NCBI GenBank assembly: GCA_965222885.1
Contig: OZ244973.1
Location: 1,841,940 to 1,905,939 of the forward strand
Source: Terriglobia bacterium
Lineage (GTDB): Bacteria; Acidobacteriota; Terriglobia; UBA7540; JAPUME01
Reading direction: 5' to 3'
DNA: 64,000 nucleotides
This document shows, piece after piece, positions 1 to 9,095 of this stretch. Every line of letters begins with the position of its first letter. Positions within the stretch are counted from its first letter, which is position 1. The position numbers were made by a program, and so were the translations under genes. The notes beneath the pieces are model-generated. The model saw only the letters and a list, made by a program, of their open reading frames with translations. It made no database searches and was not told the origin of the DNA.

Positions 1-14
1 CCTTTAGGATGAGG

Positions 15-167
15 TCAAGGTGCAGGCGCATCAGACCCTTGAACAGACTTGGTTCGCGGGCGTTCGTTGAGGCTGCATGTGGCACGCAGGTTATCGCCAC
101 GAGCTTGGCTTTGTATTTTGTCCAGAATCTCGCCCAAGTCGCCTATATCGACCTCACGCACTAGCAT
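15..167 (-). pseudogene. Short ORF (50 aa), possibly a truncated DUF4258-like N-terminus
   Basis: Read by hand: AAAGAGGT RBS then MLVREVDIGDLGEILDKIQSQARGDNLRAT...; family resemblance is from memory only. Confidence 0.2.
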
Positions 168-233
168 ACCTCTTTATTGTAATCCTTCAACATAGCCTAT
201 CGGCATTTCCGTGAACATTGCCTTGCTGTCGGA

Positions 234-335
234 TTAACCCCGTGCGGCCTCATACTCTTCCCAGACGCGAGCGATGGTGGCCTGAATCTTAGGCTTAAAG
301 CGGTTGATTAGCTCGCGCTTGGCGGCGGCGAGCAC
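234..335 (-). pseudogene. Relic of a type I specificity-subunit C-terminal tail
   Basis: Translates VLAAAKRELINRFKPKIQATIARVWEEYEAARG*, which aligns with ALVAANRKLVERMEEKIRAAVGRVWGEET at the end of the hsdM-S gene. Confidence 0.65.
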
Positions 336-400
336 ATTTACACTTTAAGCTGTGGGAGAACCTTGATTCTTTCTGTGAGTAGGGCTTCGATTATGTGAGT

Positions 401-1381
401 TTAGGGGCTACTAGGATTCTGTTGTTGAGGAACAGGTGGGGATGCCGGAATGAGAGTCTGCCTTTCTTGTTTAATCCACATTTTCCCTCGATCGCTGGCG
501 ATGAATTTTAAGGAAGGTGAGAGTTCAAAAATCAAGGTCATTAAGTGGTATGCAGTTAGAACATGATTTTGTAAATCCTGGTCATCTTCAAGAAATTCCA
601 GCTTTATCCCGAGTTCCTCAAGTTTTGTCGCTCCGATTCTTTGGCCATGGACATGAACTTGACCATGGCTAGGTGTATCCTCTGCATTGAAATATGCTGC
701 AATAATATCGACTGTTCTCTTTCTTTCCTCCTCATCGCTTACATCTTTGAGCATCCTTTTGTTGAGCCAGTTTACTACTAACTCTTTGCTGTATGCCAAA
801 GCCTTGTCGGCTTCCAATACGAGCGAAGGTCCCATATTCTGTAAAATGGGCGCCCAAAGATGCGCTAATTTCGTGTCCTTTTCAATATCTTCTCTTGCCT
901 TGCTGAATCCTTCTTGAATTGCTCTGGCTGAGTGCGTTTTATTGCCAATGACAAGCTGAGGGTCAATTGGCCCAAGCTGACTCTGCTTGCCGAGCACCAA
1001 TAGGTCGCTTGCGAGACTGATCATTGCGCCGCCGGACATTGCGAGATAAGGTACAACTACCTCGATTCGGTTAAACTTGGAGTGTAAATACTCAACGATG
1101 CTCTCAACAGCGTTCGGGTCTCCGCCGGGGGTATGAAGCATCAATACCAGACCTTTATCTGTCGGTGCTTCGTAAAGCGCGTTCATGAAACCGTTGATAT
1201 CCTCTCTGGTAATGGACACATTATTGTCGGCATTTTGCAGAAAAGCCGATGCGTAGAAGATAATGGTGGCATCGTTGCGACACTTTGAGATGGCGGCTAA
1301 GCGCTCTTTCAACTGCTTATCAAGCCAGTTAGGGTCTTGCTGAGCTTTCAACGAGTCTAGGAGTTCACTCCATGAAGCCAT
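401..1381 (-). CDS. SDH-family ClpP/crotonase-fold serine protease (S49-like)
   Basis: 326 aa; motifs LHTPGG, AMSGG (nucleophile Ser) and QLGPIDPQ; GGAG RBS; AT-richer than flanks. Confidence 0.85.
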   Translation of the reverse strand: MASWSELLDSLKAQQDPNWLDKQLKERLAAISKCRNDATIIFYASAFLQNADNNVSITREDINGFMNALYEAPTDKGLVLMLHTPGGDPNAVESIVEYLHSKFNRIEVVVPYLAMSGGAMISLASDLLVLGKQSQLGPIDPQLVIGNKTHSARAIQEGFSKAREDIEKDTKLAHLWAPILQNMGPSLVLEADKALAYSKELVVNWLNKRMLKDVSDEEERKRTVDIIAAYFNAEDTPSHGQVHVHGQRIGATKLEELGIKLEFLEDDQDLQNHVLTAYHLMTLIFELSPSLKFIASDRGKMWIKQERQTLIPASPPVPQQQNPSSP

Positions 1382-1393
1382 GCCTGCTCCGTT

Positions 1394-1591
1394 TTACTTG
1401 AGGCGAATGGTATTTGTCGTCAGGGGGTGTTCCGGGCTGGAAGGCTGATACTGTATTGTTTCCTTTTCCTTCTGAATCGGCAACTTGTAAAGCTCGCTAA
1501 CTTCCACGTATTGCTGGTATTGCTTTTTGACCTCTTCCAACGTCTTCAGGTAATCATCTGAGATTTTCTCTGATTCAGTTTTTTCAGACAT
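1394..1591 (-). CDS. Small charged hypothetical protein (65 aa) upstream of the protease
   Basis: AGGAGA RBS before ATG at 1591 (MSEKTESEKISDDYLK...); stop is 12 bp before the protease start; same low GC. Confidence 0.7.
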   Translation of the reverse strand: MSEKTESEKISDDYLKTLEEVKKQYQQYVEVSELYKLPIQKEKETIQYQPSSPEHPLTTNTIRLK

Positions 1592-1738
1592 GGGTTTTCT
1601 CCTAATTGGCCGAATTTTCCCATAATGTGTTGCAAATATCAAGTTTCCTCGCCCCACACTCGCCCAACCGCCGCCCGTATCTTCTCCTCCATCCGCTCCA
1701 CCAACTTTCGGTTGGCGGCGACCAGGGCTTGCTCGGCT

Positions 1739-1790
1739 TCGATTTCGGCGACGATCTCCCGCTGCACCCCCAGCGGCGGCAGAGGGATTT
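1739..1790. repeat. 52-bp direct repeat, copy A (HsdS conserved region)
   Basis: 49/52 identical to 3575-3626 by manual alignment. Confidence 0.85.
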
Positions 1791-2133
1791 TTATTTTCTC
1801 TAGGTTCCCTTTCGTGATGTGAACGAGGCCTACCCCGCCATGAAGGTTCTCTTCTACCTGAGCGACTGCCTTGTTCAGGGCGTGGAATAAGTACATCTTG
1901 GTTGCCTGAGCTTTATCGAAATTGACCTTGAAGATGTGCTGGTTGAGTACAGCCTTTCCACCGTTCCAAATATGTGCCCCAAATGAGGTTCCTCGCGAGC
2001 CAGACCAAGAGAAAAGAAGTTGCCCTTCGTTGATGATGTGCCGGCCTCTTACTTGCCCAGTGTAGTAATTGAACCTACTGTCGGGAGTATTAAGGTTTTG
2101 AATTCGGACAATCGGAATGACCTTCCCCCCAAT

Positions 2134-3042
2134 TTAGGTCCAGTTCGAAAGTGAGGAATGGGTTGAATTATCGCCGCCGTCGTGGCTGTGGGAAAGGGGA
2201 AAACTCGAAGAGTTTTCCAAGGTCGCAGAGCGACCGGCTTTTCCACAGCTCGTTTCACCCGCCATCCGAAACAGTTCGGGACTGAGAAATCCGAGCGAAC
2301 TGTGCGGGCGGACCGTGTTGTAGTGGACGCGCCATGCCTCGATGGTGCGCCGGGCATCGGCGAGATACAGAAACCAGTGTTCGTTCGGGCACGCATCCCG
2401 GAACTTGCCGTTGAAGCTCTCTACCAGCGCGTTCTGGATCGGCTTGCCCGGCTGAATGAACCGCAATGTCACGCCGGTTCGTTGAGACCAGAGGTGCATC
2501 GCCTTGCTGGTGAACTCCGGGCCGTTGTCGGTGACGATCGCTTCCGGCCGGGAGCGATCCAGCATGACTCGATCCAGGAGTCGACTGACGCGTTCCCCGG
2601 TGATCGAGATGTCGACGATCTGCCCGATGCATTCCCGGCTGTAATCGTCCACGACGTTCAGCACGCGGAATCGGCGCCCCGTGGCCAGTTGATCGGACAC
2701 GAAGTCCATGGACCAACGTTGGTTAGCCTCCTCCGGTGTCGGCATCGGAACCCGGTTCCGTGCCAATAGGCGTTTCCGTCGTTTCCGCCTGACCTGGAGT
2801 TTCTCTTCTCGGTAGATTCGATACGTCTTCTTCTCGTTCACAACCAACCCCTCAGCTTTCAACATCCCGTGCAGCAGCTCGTATCCATAACGCGGATACT
2901 CGGCCGCCAACTGCTTCAGGCGTTCTCGAAGCACCTCGTCGTCCTCACGACAAGACGAATGTCGAGCCACCGACCGGTGGATCCCAACGAGTCGGCAGGC
3001 CCGCCGCTGACTCAACATCCCGAGCCCGATCACGTGGTCCAC
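2134..3042 (-). CDS. IS3 transposase OrfB (DDE integrase core), probably expressed by -1 frameshift
   Basis: WSMDF, TDNGPEF, VESFNG, YNTVRPHSSLG motifs; A-run at the end of orfA. Confidence 0.93.
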   Translation of the reverse strand: MDHVIGLGMLSQRRACRLVGIHRSVARHSSCREDDEVLRERLKQLAAEYPRYGYELLHGMLKAEGLVVNEKKTYRIYREEKLQVRRKRRKRLLARNRVPMPTPEEANQRWSMDFVSDQLATGRRFRVLNVVDDYSRECIGQIVDISITGERVSRLLDRVMLDRSRPEAIVTDNGPEFTSKAMHLWSQRTGVTLRFIQPGKPIQNALVESFNGKFRDACPNEHWFLYLADARRTIEAWRVHYNTVRPHSSLGFLSPELFRMAGETSCGKAGRSATLENSSSFPLSHSHDGGDNSTHSSLSNWT

Positions 3043-3065
3043 GGCTCGGCGGCGTGCTGCGGGCC

Positions 3066-3332
3066 TTACCAGTTTTTTGACAGCAGTTCCTTCAGGGCCG
3101 CGTTATCCAGATGCGCATCGGCCAGCAGTTGCTTCAGCTTCCGGTTCTCAGCCTCGAGCTGCTTCAGCTTCCTCGCCTCCGATACCTGCATCCCGCCGTA
3201 CTTGGACCGCCATCGATACAAGGTGTGCTCCGAGATCCCGTGCTTCCGGCAGATCTCCTGCTTCTTGGCCCCGGCCTCGGACTCCTTCAGGATTCCGATG
3301 ATCTGTTCTTCCGTGAATCGCTTCCGCTTCAT
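3066..3332 (-). CDS. IS3 transposase OrfA (HTH)
   Basis: MKRKRFTEEQIIGILKE...LEAENRKLKQLLAD...KELLSKNW; GGAGGAG RBS. Confidence 0.93.
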   Translation of the reverse strand: MKRKRFTEEQIIGILKESEAGAKKQEICRKHGISEHTLYRWRSKYGGMQVSEARKLKQLEAENRKLKQLLADAHLDNAALKELLSKNW

Positions 3333-3574
3333 GGTGAGTTCTCCTCCTCCGTTTTACCGGAAAACTCACTCTCGAAGTGGACCGTTTTATGGGGGGAAGG
3401 TCAGGAAGGCCCCCACTATCCGGCTTCTCCCAGTCTTCCGGTTTGAAAGCCCGTCCGTTGATGAGGTCGCATAGATCGCCAATCGGCACCAACGGCCACT
3501 TCGGGTCGATGGGGACGTGGGGGCGGTAGTTGTCGATGACGGCGCGCGCGCCGTCGATGACCTTCTGGTAGCCC

Positions 3575-3626
3575 TCGATTTCGGCGACGATCTCCTGCTG
3601 CACCTCCAGCGGCGGCAGAGGAATTT
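3575..3626. repeat. 52-bp direct repeat, copy B (HsdS conserved region)
   Basis: 49/52 identical to 1739-1790. Confidence 0.85.
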
Positions 3627-5370
3627 CGTAATCTTTCAATTTCGAGAAATGACGTTGATAGCCAGTGTTTTCCAATGGCATAACACGCAGAACGTGATAC
3701 AAAAACCGAGGGTCAACAGTGTCAATTGTACTGAGAATTTTTATACCATCTGCCCCTTGAGCAAAGGGAGTTTCAATTAGTTTCACTGTACATGTGTGAT
3801 CGCCAAATATAACAAGGGGTTTGCTTGGTTGAATCAATATAGATTCGTCATTAGTCCACCCCGCAATTTCTTTCTGCGATTGGTCAATGATGGGAAACTG
3901 TCCAGTTTTGGCGAATGCGGTCTTTTGTATCTTTACCGGAGGAGTGATAGTTTCAATCAGAGTTCCAATCTTCGACCAAGTATATGGCGTGGATTGACGC
4001 GCATTTTCCCGGTATCTCTCTCCGCTCAGGTTGTAATCACCCTTCGCGGCAATCTTCCCCTTCTCGACGATCAGCCCCAATGTCGGCTGGAAGTCGTCCA
4101 GCGGCTCTCTCGCTCGCAGCCGTCGCAGGTATTCGCCAATTTCGGCATGGGCCGCTGGCAGGTCATTCCTGTCGATGGGCCGCCGCTGGGCGCCCAGGTC
4201 GAAGCCGTCGTTTGCGATCTTGAAGAAGCCGATGCGGTCGGTTCTCTTCGCCAGGGCCTTGTCGAGGATCAGAATCGAGGTCTTGACGCCGGAGTAGGGA
4301 TTGAACACCCCTGCCGGAAGCGAGACCACGGCCACGAGAAATTCTTCGACCAGCATCTTGCGCAGTTGCCGATGTGCCGTCTGGCTCTGAAAGATGATGC
4401 CCTCGGGCACGATAATGCCGGCGCGGCCCGAAGGGGTCAGGTGCTCGGCCATGTAGTCCACGAACAGCACCTCGCTCCGTTTGGACTGCACCGAGAAGCG
4501 GTTGTGCGGCCGGATGCCGCCCTTGGGCGACATGAACGGCGGGTTGGCGAGGATCACGTCCGCGTGCTCGTTCCAGCGCTCCTCGCTGGTGAGCGTGTCG
4601 TACTCGAAGACGTGCGGCTGGGCGAAGCCGTGCAGGTACAGGTTCACCAGCGACAGGCGCACCATGTCGGGTGAGATGTCATAGCCCTTGAAGTTGGCGG
4701 CGAGCTTGCCTTTTTCGTCGTGCGTGAGCGTACTGTGCCCCTGGTCGTCGGTATTGGCCGCGAGGATGTGCTTGTAGGAAGAAATCAGGAACCCGGCGGT
4801 GCCGCAGGCCGGGTCGAGCACCCTTTCGTCCTTCTGGGGATCGATAACGGCGACGATGAAGTCTATGACGTGGCGCGGGGTGCGGAACTGCCCGGCGTCG
4901 CCCTGCGAGCCGAGCACGGACAGCAGGTACTCGAAGGCGTCGCCGAGGCGTTCGGAGTGGTCGTAGGTGAACTCGTCGATGACCTTGAGGAAGGCGCGCA
5001 GGGTCTCCGGGTCGCGATATGGCAGATAGGCGTTGTTGAAGATGTCGCGGAAAAGCCGCGGGATGCCGGGGTTCTCCGGCATCTTGGCGATGGCCTCGGC
5101 GTAGAGGTTCAGGGTCTCGTGTCCGCCCAGGCCGGCGCGCATCAGCCTGGCCCAGCCGTAGCGGGCGAACTCGCCGGCGAAGAAGCGGCGCTTGCCGCCC
5201 AACTCCTCGCTCCCCGCGTCGATGTCGTCCATGAACTTGTAGATCAGCGCAATGGTGATCTGCTCGACCTGGCTCTTGGGGTCGGGCACCTTGCCGACCA
5301 GAATGTCGCGGGCGGTATCGATGCGGCGTCTGGTGTCTGCGTCCAGCATGGGATTCCCTCTATGGTATCA

Positions 5371-5397
5371 GCCACAAAAAGCACAAAAGTCACAAAA
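5371..5397 (+). repeat. Left periodic inverted repeat flanking the GxxExxY gene
   Basis: GCCACAAAA-AGCACAAAA-GTCACAAAA (three 9-mers); inverse of 5781-5806. Confidence 0.8.
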
Positions 5398-5768
5398 TGA
5401 GTTGTTTTGATTTCGAGTCTTGCTGACCCGAAGTTCATCAGCATGGCGTCGCGTTGACCGGATGCGCGGAGATAGCCCAGCACCTGCGCGGTATGTTCGG
5501 GGGCTGGCGCCTTGCAGGCTTTAAGTCCAAGGATGAGGCAGTTTTCCACGAACAAATCAGCGAAGTAGTCGCCCAGGACCGCGCCGTCCTCATCTCGCAC
5601 CTGCAGGGGTTTTTGCTGCTCGACAGCCAGGCCGATCTTCCTCAGACGGTGGGCCATCCCGTTTTCGTAAACCTTCTCGAGATGCCCGTTCCGGAGGCAG
5701 GCATGCAGGTCGAAGGCCGTCTGGCGGATTCGATCACACCAAGCCCGGATGCGTTGTTCGTCTCTCAT
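5390..5768 (-). CDS. GxxExxY protein (PD-(D/E)XK nuclease-like), probably damaged
   Basis: GHLEKVY, YFADLFVE, QVLGYL and MNFG motifs. Expected ELK reads GLK. One extra A near 5405-5408 bypasses the apparent natural end EIKQLIL*. Confidence 0.85.
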
Positions 5769-5780
5769 TATTTTGATCTC

Positions 5781-5806
5781 TTTGTATTTTTTGTGCTTCT
5801 TGTGGC
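5781..5806 (-). repeat. Right periodic inverted repeat flanking the GxxExxY gene
   Basis: Reverse complement is GCCACAAGA-AGCACAAAA-AATACAAA. Confidence 0.8.
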
Positions 5807-5813
5807 CATTGCT

Positions 5814-8349
5814 TCAGGCGGCGAACTGGTTCAAGGAGACGTAATCCTTGACGTATTCCGGGATGAGAGCGCGGTACTTCTCCGGCACCGCGCGGAAGTC
5901 GGCGGTGGAAAAAGACGGGTTGGTGGCGAGGTCGGTAAAGCGCTTGCTCTCGATGATGTCGCGGAACTGGTCGCTGGTGGCATAGGCCTTGAAATAGTTC
6001 CTGATGGCCGGGATGGCGCCGGCCTCCTCGGGCTTGTAATCGGCGACGAACTTGGCGAATTCCTCTTCCAGCAGCTCGTCCTTGGACTTGAAGCCGGGGA
6101 TGAGGTCGAAGACCTTTTCCAGGATCTCACGCAAGGTGAGGCGGCGGTCCACGGCGGCGGCCCGGCGCAGCTTGTCGAGGTTGTAGTATTCCTCGGGTTT
6201 GTCGAAAACTTCACGGTTGACGTAGTCGATCACGCGGTCCCACTGTCCGGCTGCGACAGCTTTGGCGATGGTTTCGTCCTCGCGCACCGTGTCCGCGAAG
6301 CGGTCAAAGAACATGCGATCGATCTTCATTCCCTCAGGGCCGATCTTCTCCTCCTGGATGCTTGCGAGAATGTCCTGACCCAGGTGTTCGTAGGCGCCGT
6401 TGAGCTTGACCGGCCCTGTGCCGGTATCGTCATCGACGTTGCCCATTGCGGACTTCGGTAGCTGCAAAACCTCATCGTAGTTGAACTCGGTTTCGAAGTA
6501 TTCGCAGTTGGCGAAGAAATCAAAGAGCTTGAACGCAGTCTTCTGCGCCTCGGTGATGCTGTCCTTGCGGCTGCCGTCCAAAAGCTGGTCCAGAAAGTCG
6601 TGCGTGCGGGTGCCGCGCCCCTTGATCTGGACGAAATCGGTGGGTGAGAAGATGGGGCGGAACAGGCCGAGATTCAGGATATCGGTGCAGTCGTAGCCGG
6701 TGGTCATCATGCCGACCGTCACGCAGACGCGCGCCTTGCTGGTCCGGTAGTCGGGCCGGAAGTTACCCGAACCGAGCAGCTTGTTGTGGGCGAAGTTGAT
6801 GGTGAACTGCTGGGCATCCGCAATCTGCGATGTCACCTGCACCGCGAAGTCGGACTGGTACTTGCCGGGAAACATGCGATCGGCGATCTGATTGAAGGTC
6901 TGCGCGAGCTTGGCCGCGTGCTTCTGGCTGACGGCAAAGACGATGGACTTGCCGGTCTCGCCGCTGATCGGGTCACGCAGCGCGTTCGCAAGAAAGGTCT
7001 TGCAGAAGAGTTGGTTGGTGGCCTGGGAGAAGAAGCGCTTCTCGAACTGGCGCTGCTGGTAGGTTTCCTCTTGATCCTCGCCCGACGCGTCGGTGAACGA
7101 GACGATGAATCCCCGTTCGGATAAGAGCCGGGTGGTCACTTCCGTGCGGGCATCCACTACGGTGGGGTTGATCAGGAATCCGTCTTTCACGCCATCGAGC
7201 AGCGAATAGCGAAAGGTGGGCTGTCCGCTCTCGCATCCGAAAGTGCGGTAGGTGTCGAGAAGGAGTCGCCGTTCGGCCTCGCGTGGGTCGCGCGTGGTGG
7301 TGCCGGGCTTGCCGGTGCCCTTCAAATAGTCGCGGGGGGTCGCAGTCAGACCGAGCTTGTAGCCCACGAAGAATTCGAATACCGCGCGGGCGTTGCCGCC
7401 AATCGAGCGGTGCGCCTCGTCGGAGATCACCAGATCGAAGTCCGTGGGAGAGAAGAGCCGCTGATACTTGTTGTTGAACAACAGGGATTGGACGGTGGTG
7501 ACGACGATTTCGGCATGCCGCCAGTCATCGCGGTTCTCTTTGTAAATGACCGTCCGAAAGTCCGCCGAGAGCAGGGTGGTAAAGACCTTGCGAGCCTGGT
7601 CTTCCAGTTCCAGCCGGTCCACCAGGAAGAGCACGCGGCCCGCATTGCCCGAGCGGAGGAACAGCTTGATAACGGCGGCGGCGGTGAGTGTCTTGCCGGT
7701 GCCGGTCGCCATCTCGAAGAGAAAGCGGTCATGGCCGTTCTTCACGGCTAGCTGCAGGGCATGGATTGCTTTGAGCTGGATAGGAGCGCAGGAAGCGCAG
7801 CTTGTTGGCCTGCATGAAGCCGGGCCGCTCGGCTTGGTTCTGCCAGGCCGCTTCGGAGGCATAGCTTGGCCGCTGGGTCAGGACGATGTAGTCGCCGCCG
7901 ACCCGTTCCTCGATCAGGTGCTGGGGGTTGGGCGTGACCTTGCGGTAGCCGATCACCGAATCCGGCGTCGGGAACGAGGTGATGATGTAGGGATTGCCGC
8001 GTTCCAGATCCCAGAAGTAGTGCAGATTGCCGTTCGAAAGGATGATGAAGCGGCAATTCTGCGAACGGGCATATTTGCGGGCCTGTTCCTTGCCGGTGAG
8101 CGGGTCGATCTTCTCTGATTTGGCTTCCAGAACGATAAAGGGAAACCCGGTGGCATCGAGAAGAAGGAAGTCGATATAGCCCGTAGCGGCCTTCTCGAAG
8201 TCGTTGCCCAGGGCGTCGAGGTCGGACGTCTTGATCGTGACGCTCGGTTCAAGGCAGATGTTGGCGAGCTTGTTCCCCTCGGCGAAGAAGCGCCACCCGG
8301 CTGCTTCGAGCAGTTTATTGATCTTGATGCGTGCGGACGCCTCGTTCAT
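5814..8349 (-). pseudogene. hsdR: Type I restriction endonuclease subunit R (nuclease + SF2 helicase), split by a frameshift near 7778
   Basis: N-part IDFLL...VLEAK nuclease motif; C-part MATGTGKT and DEAHRS. Deleting one C gives ...RFLRSYQLKAIHAL... Confidence 0.88.
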
Positions 8350-8416
8350 GGGGAATCGGTCTCTATCGTTGTGCTGTTGGAGAAGCTTCGTGCTTCCCGT
8401 AACCCCCTTGCCCCCA

Positions 8417-8560
8417 TCAGCGGCTTTCTTCGTCGGGTCGCCACGGATTGATCACGTCGATCCGGCGGCCCTCCAAATCTCCCCCTTTGTGGCGATGGCC
8501 GCGCCTCGGGAACGGCAATGGATGCTATCTGGCAATCGGACTGGCTGGTCGGCGGCGGCA
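8417..8560 (-). pseudogene. PIN-domain (VapC/FitB-like) toxin C-terminal relic
   Basis: Across frameshifts reads SQSDCQIASIA / SRGAAIAT / DLEGRRIDVINPW, matching the D.QIAAIA...AT...DF...VINPW pattern. Confidence 0.65.
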
Positions 8561-9095
8561 GGGAGAAAAAACTACGCATGGCTCGAGTCCACGGTATTAT
8601 AAGTCCAATCGTGAGCAAACGTGGGAATACTACTCGTCCCGCGGCGGAGGTTTGAAACGTGGGGAGAGTTTAACCGCCCGAGTAGAAAGCAACTCCGAGG
8701 GTCCACATCCGAAGGAGGAAGTGAATACGGGAGGCGATGGGGGATGGCTGGGAGCCGTATCGCGCCAAGACGCCGGGTTCTCGCCGGCGCTTTGAACGGG
8801 CACGCGGGGTGTTGCCGGGAGGTGCGTCGGCGTGAGTTTGGCCTCGCGATGATGACGAAGGGGAAGTATTCGAAGAAATGTTTTTGCCGTCTGTGCCTGC
8901 GCGGCCGGCAAGGAAGGATTCGCCGCGATTTCCTTGCCCCCGGCGCCTATCGGTTGAGGGTCTTGTAAGGGGGTGGAATACCAAACGCAAACCCGCGACC
9001 TGCAAATGCAGTCAGGGGAGACTACCGAGTTGACGATAGAGGCCCCGCGCCCGAAAAATCCAGAGGAGATAGTCCTCGCCGGGAGGATTCCCTAA

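Larger units (their letters stand above)
2118..3403 (-). mobile_element. IS3-family insertion sequence (IS407-like), 1286 bp, complete
   Basis: Terminal IRs TGACCTTCCCCCCA...GGTCCA.TTCGA.AGTGAG at both ends; 4-bp direct repeat GGAA at 2114-2117 and 3404-3407; orfA/orfB. Confidence 0.95.
1639..5349 (-). pseudogene. hsdM: Type I R-M fused methyltransferase-specificity gene (HsdM-HsdS, m6A), interrupted by IS3
   Basis: DPACGTAGF (motif I), NPPF (motif IV), two IPLPPL.VQ.EIVAEIE repeats. Removing the IS and one GGAA restores ...DSGGLPIVRIQNLN... in frame with ORF 1639..1896 (806 aa total). Confidence 0.9.

Noticed and set aside
3148-3403. C-terminal ~85 aa of the 733-aa methylase ORF
   Set aside because: Read-through into the IS3 left end, not part of the native protein
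5244-5389. Extension of the GxxExxY ORF overlapping hsdM
   Set aside because: Explained by one extra A that skips the natural stop at 5390-5392
8620-9090. Possible riboswitch or small ORFs upstream of yjgN (GCAAACC... segment)
   Set aside because: Does not match the c-di-GMP-I consensus beyond a few bases; the ORFs lack coding character
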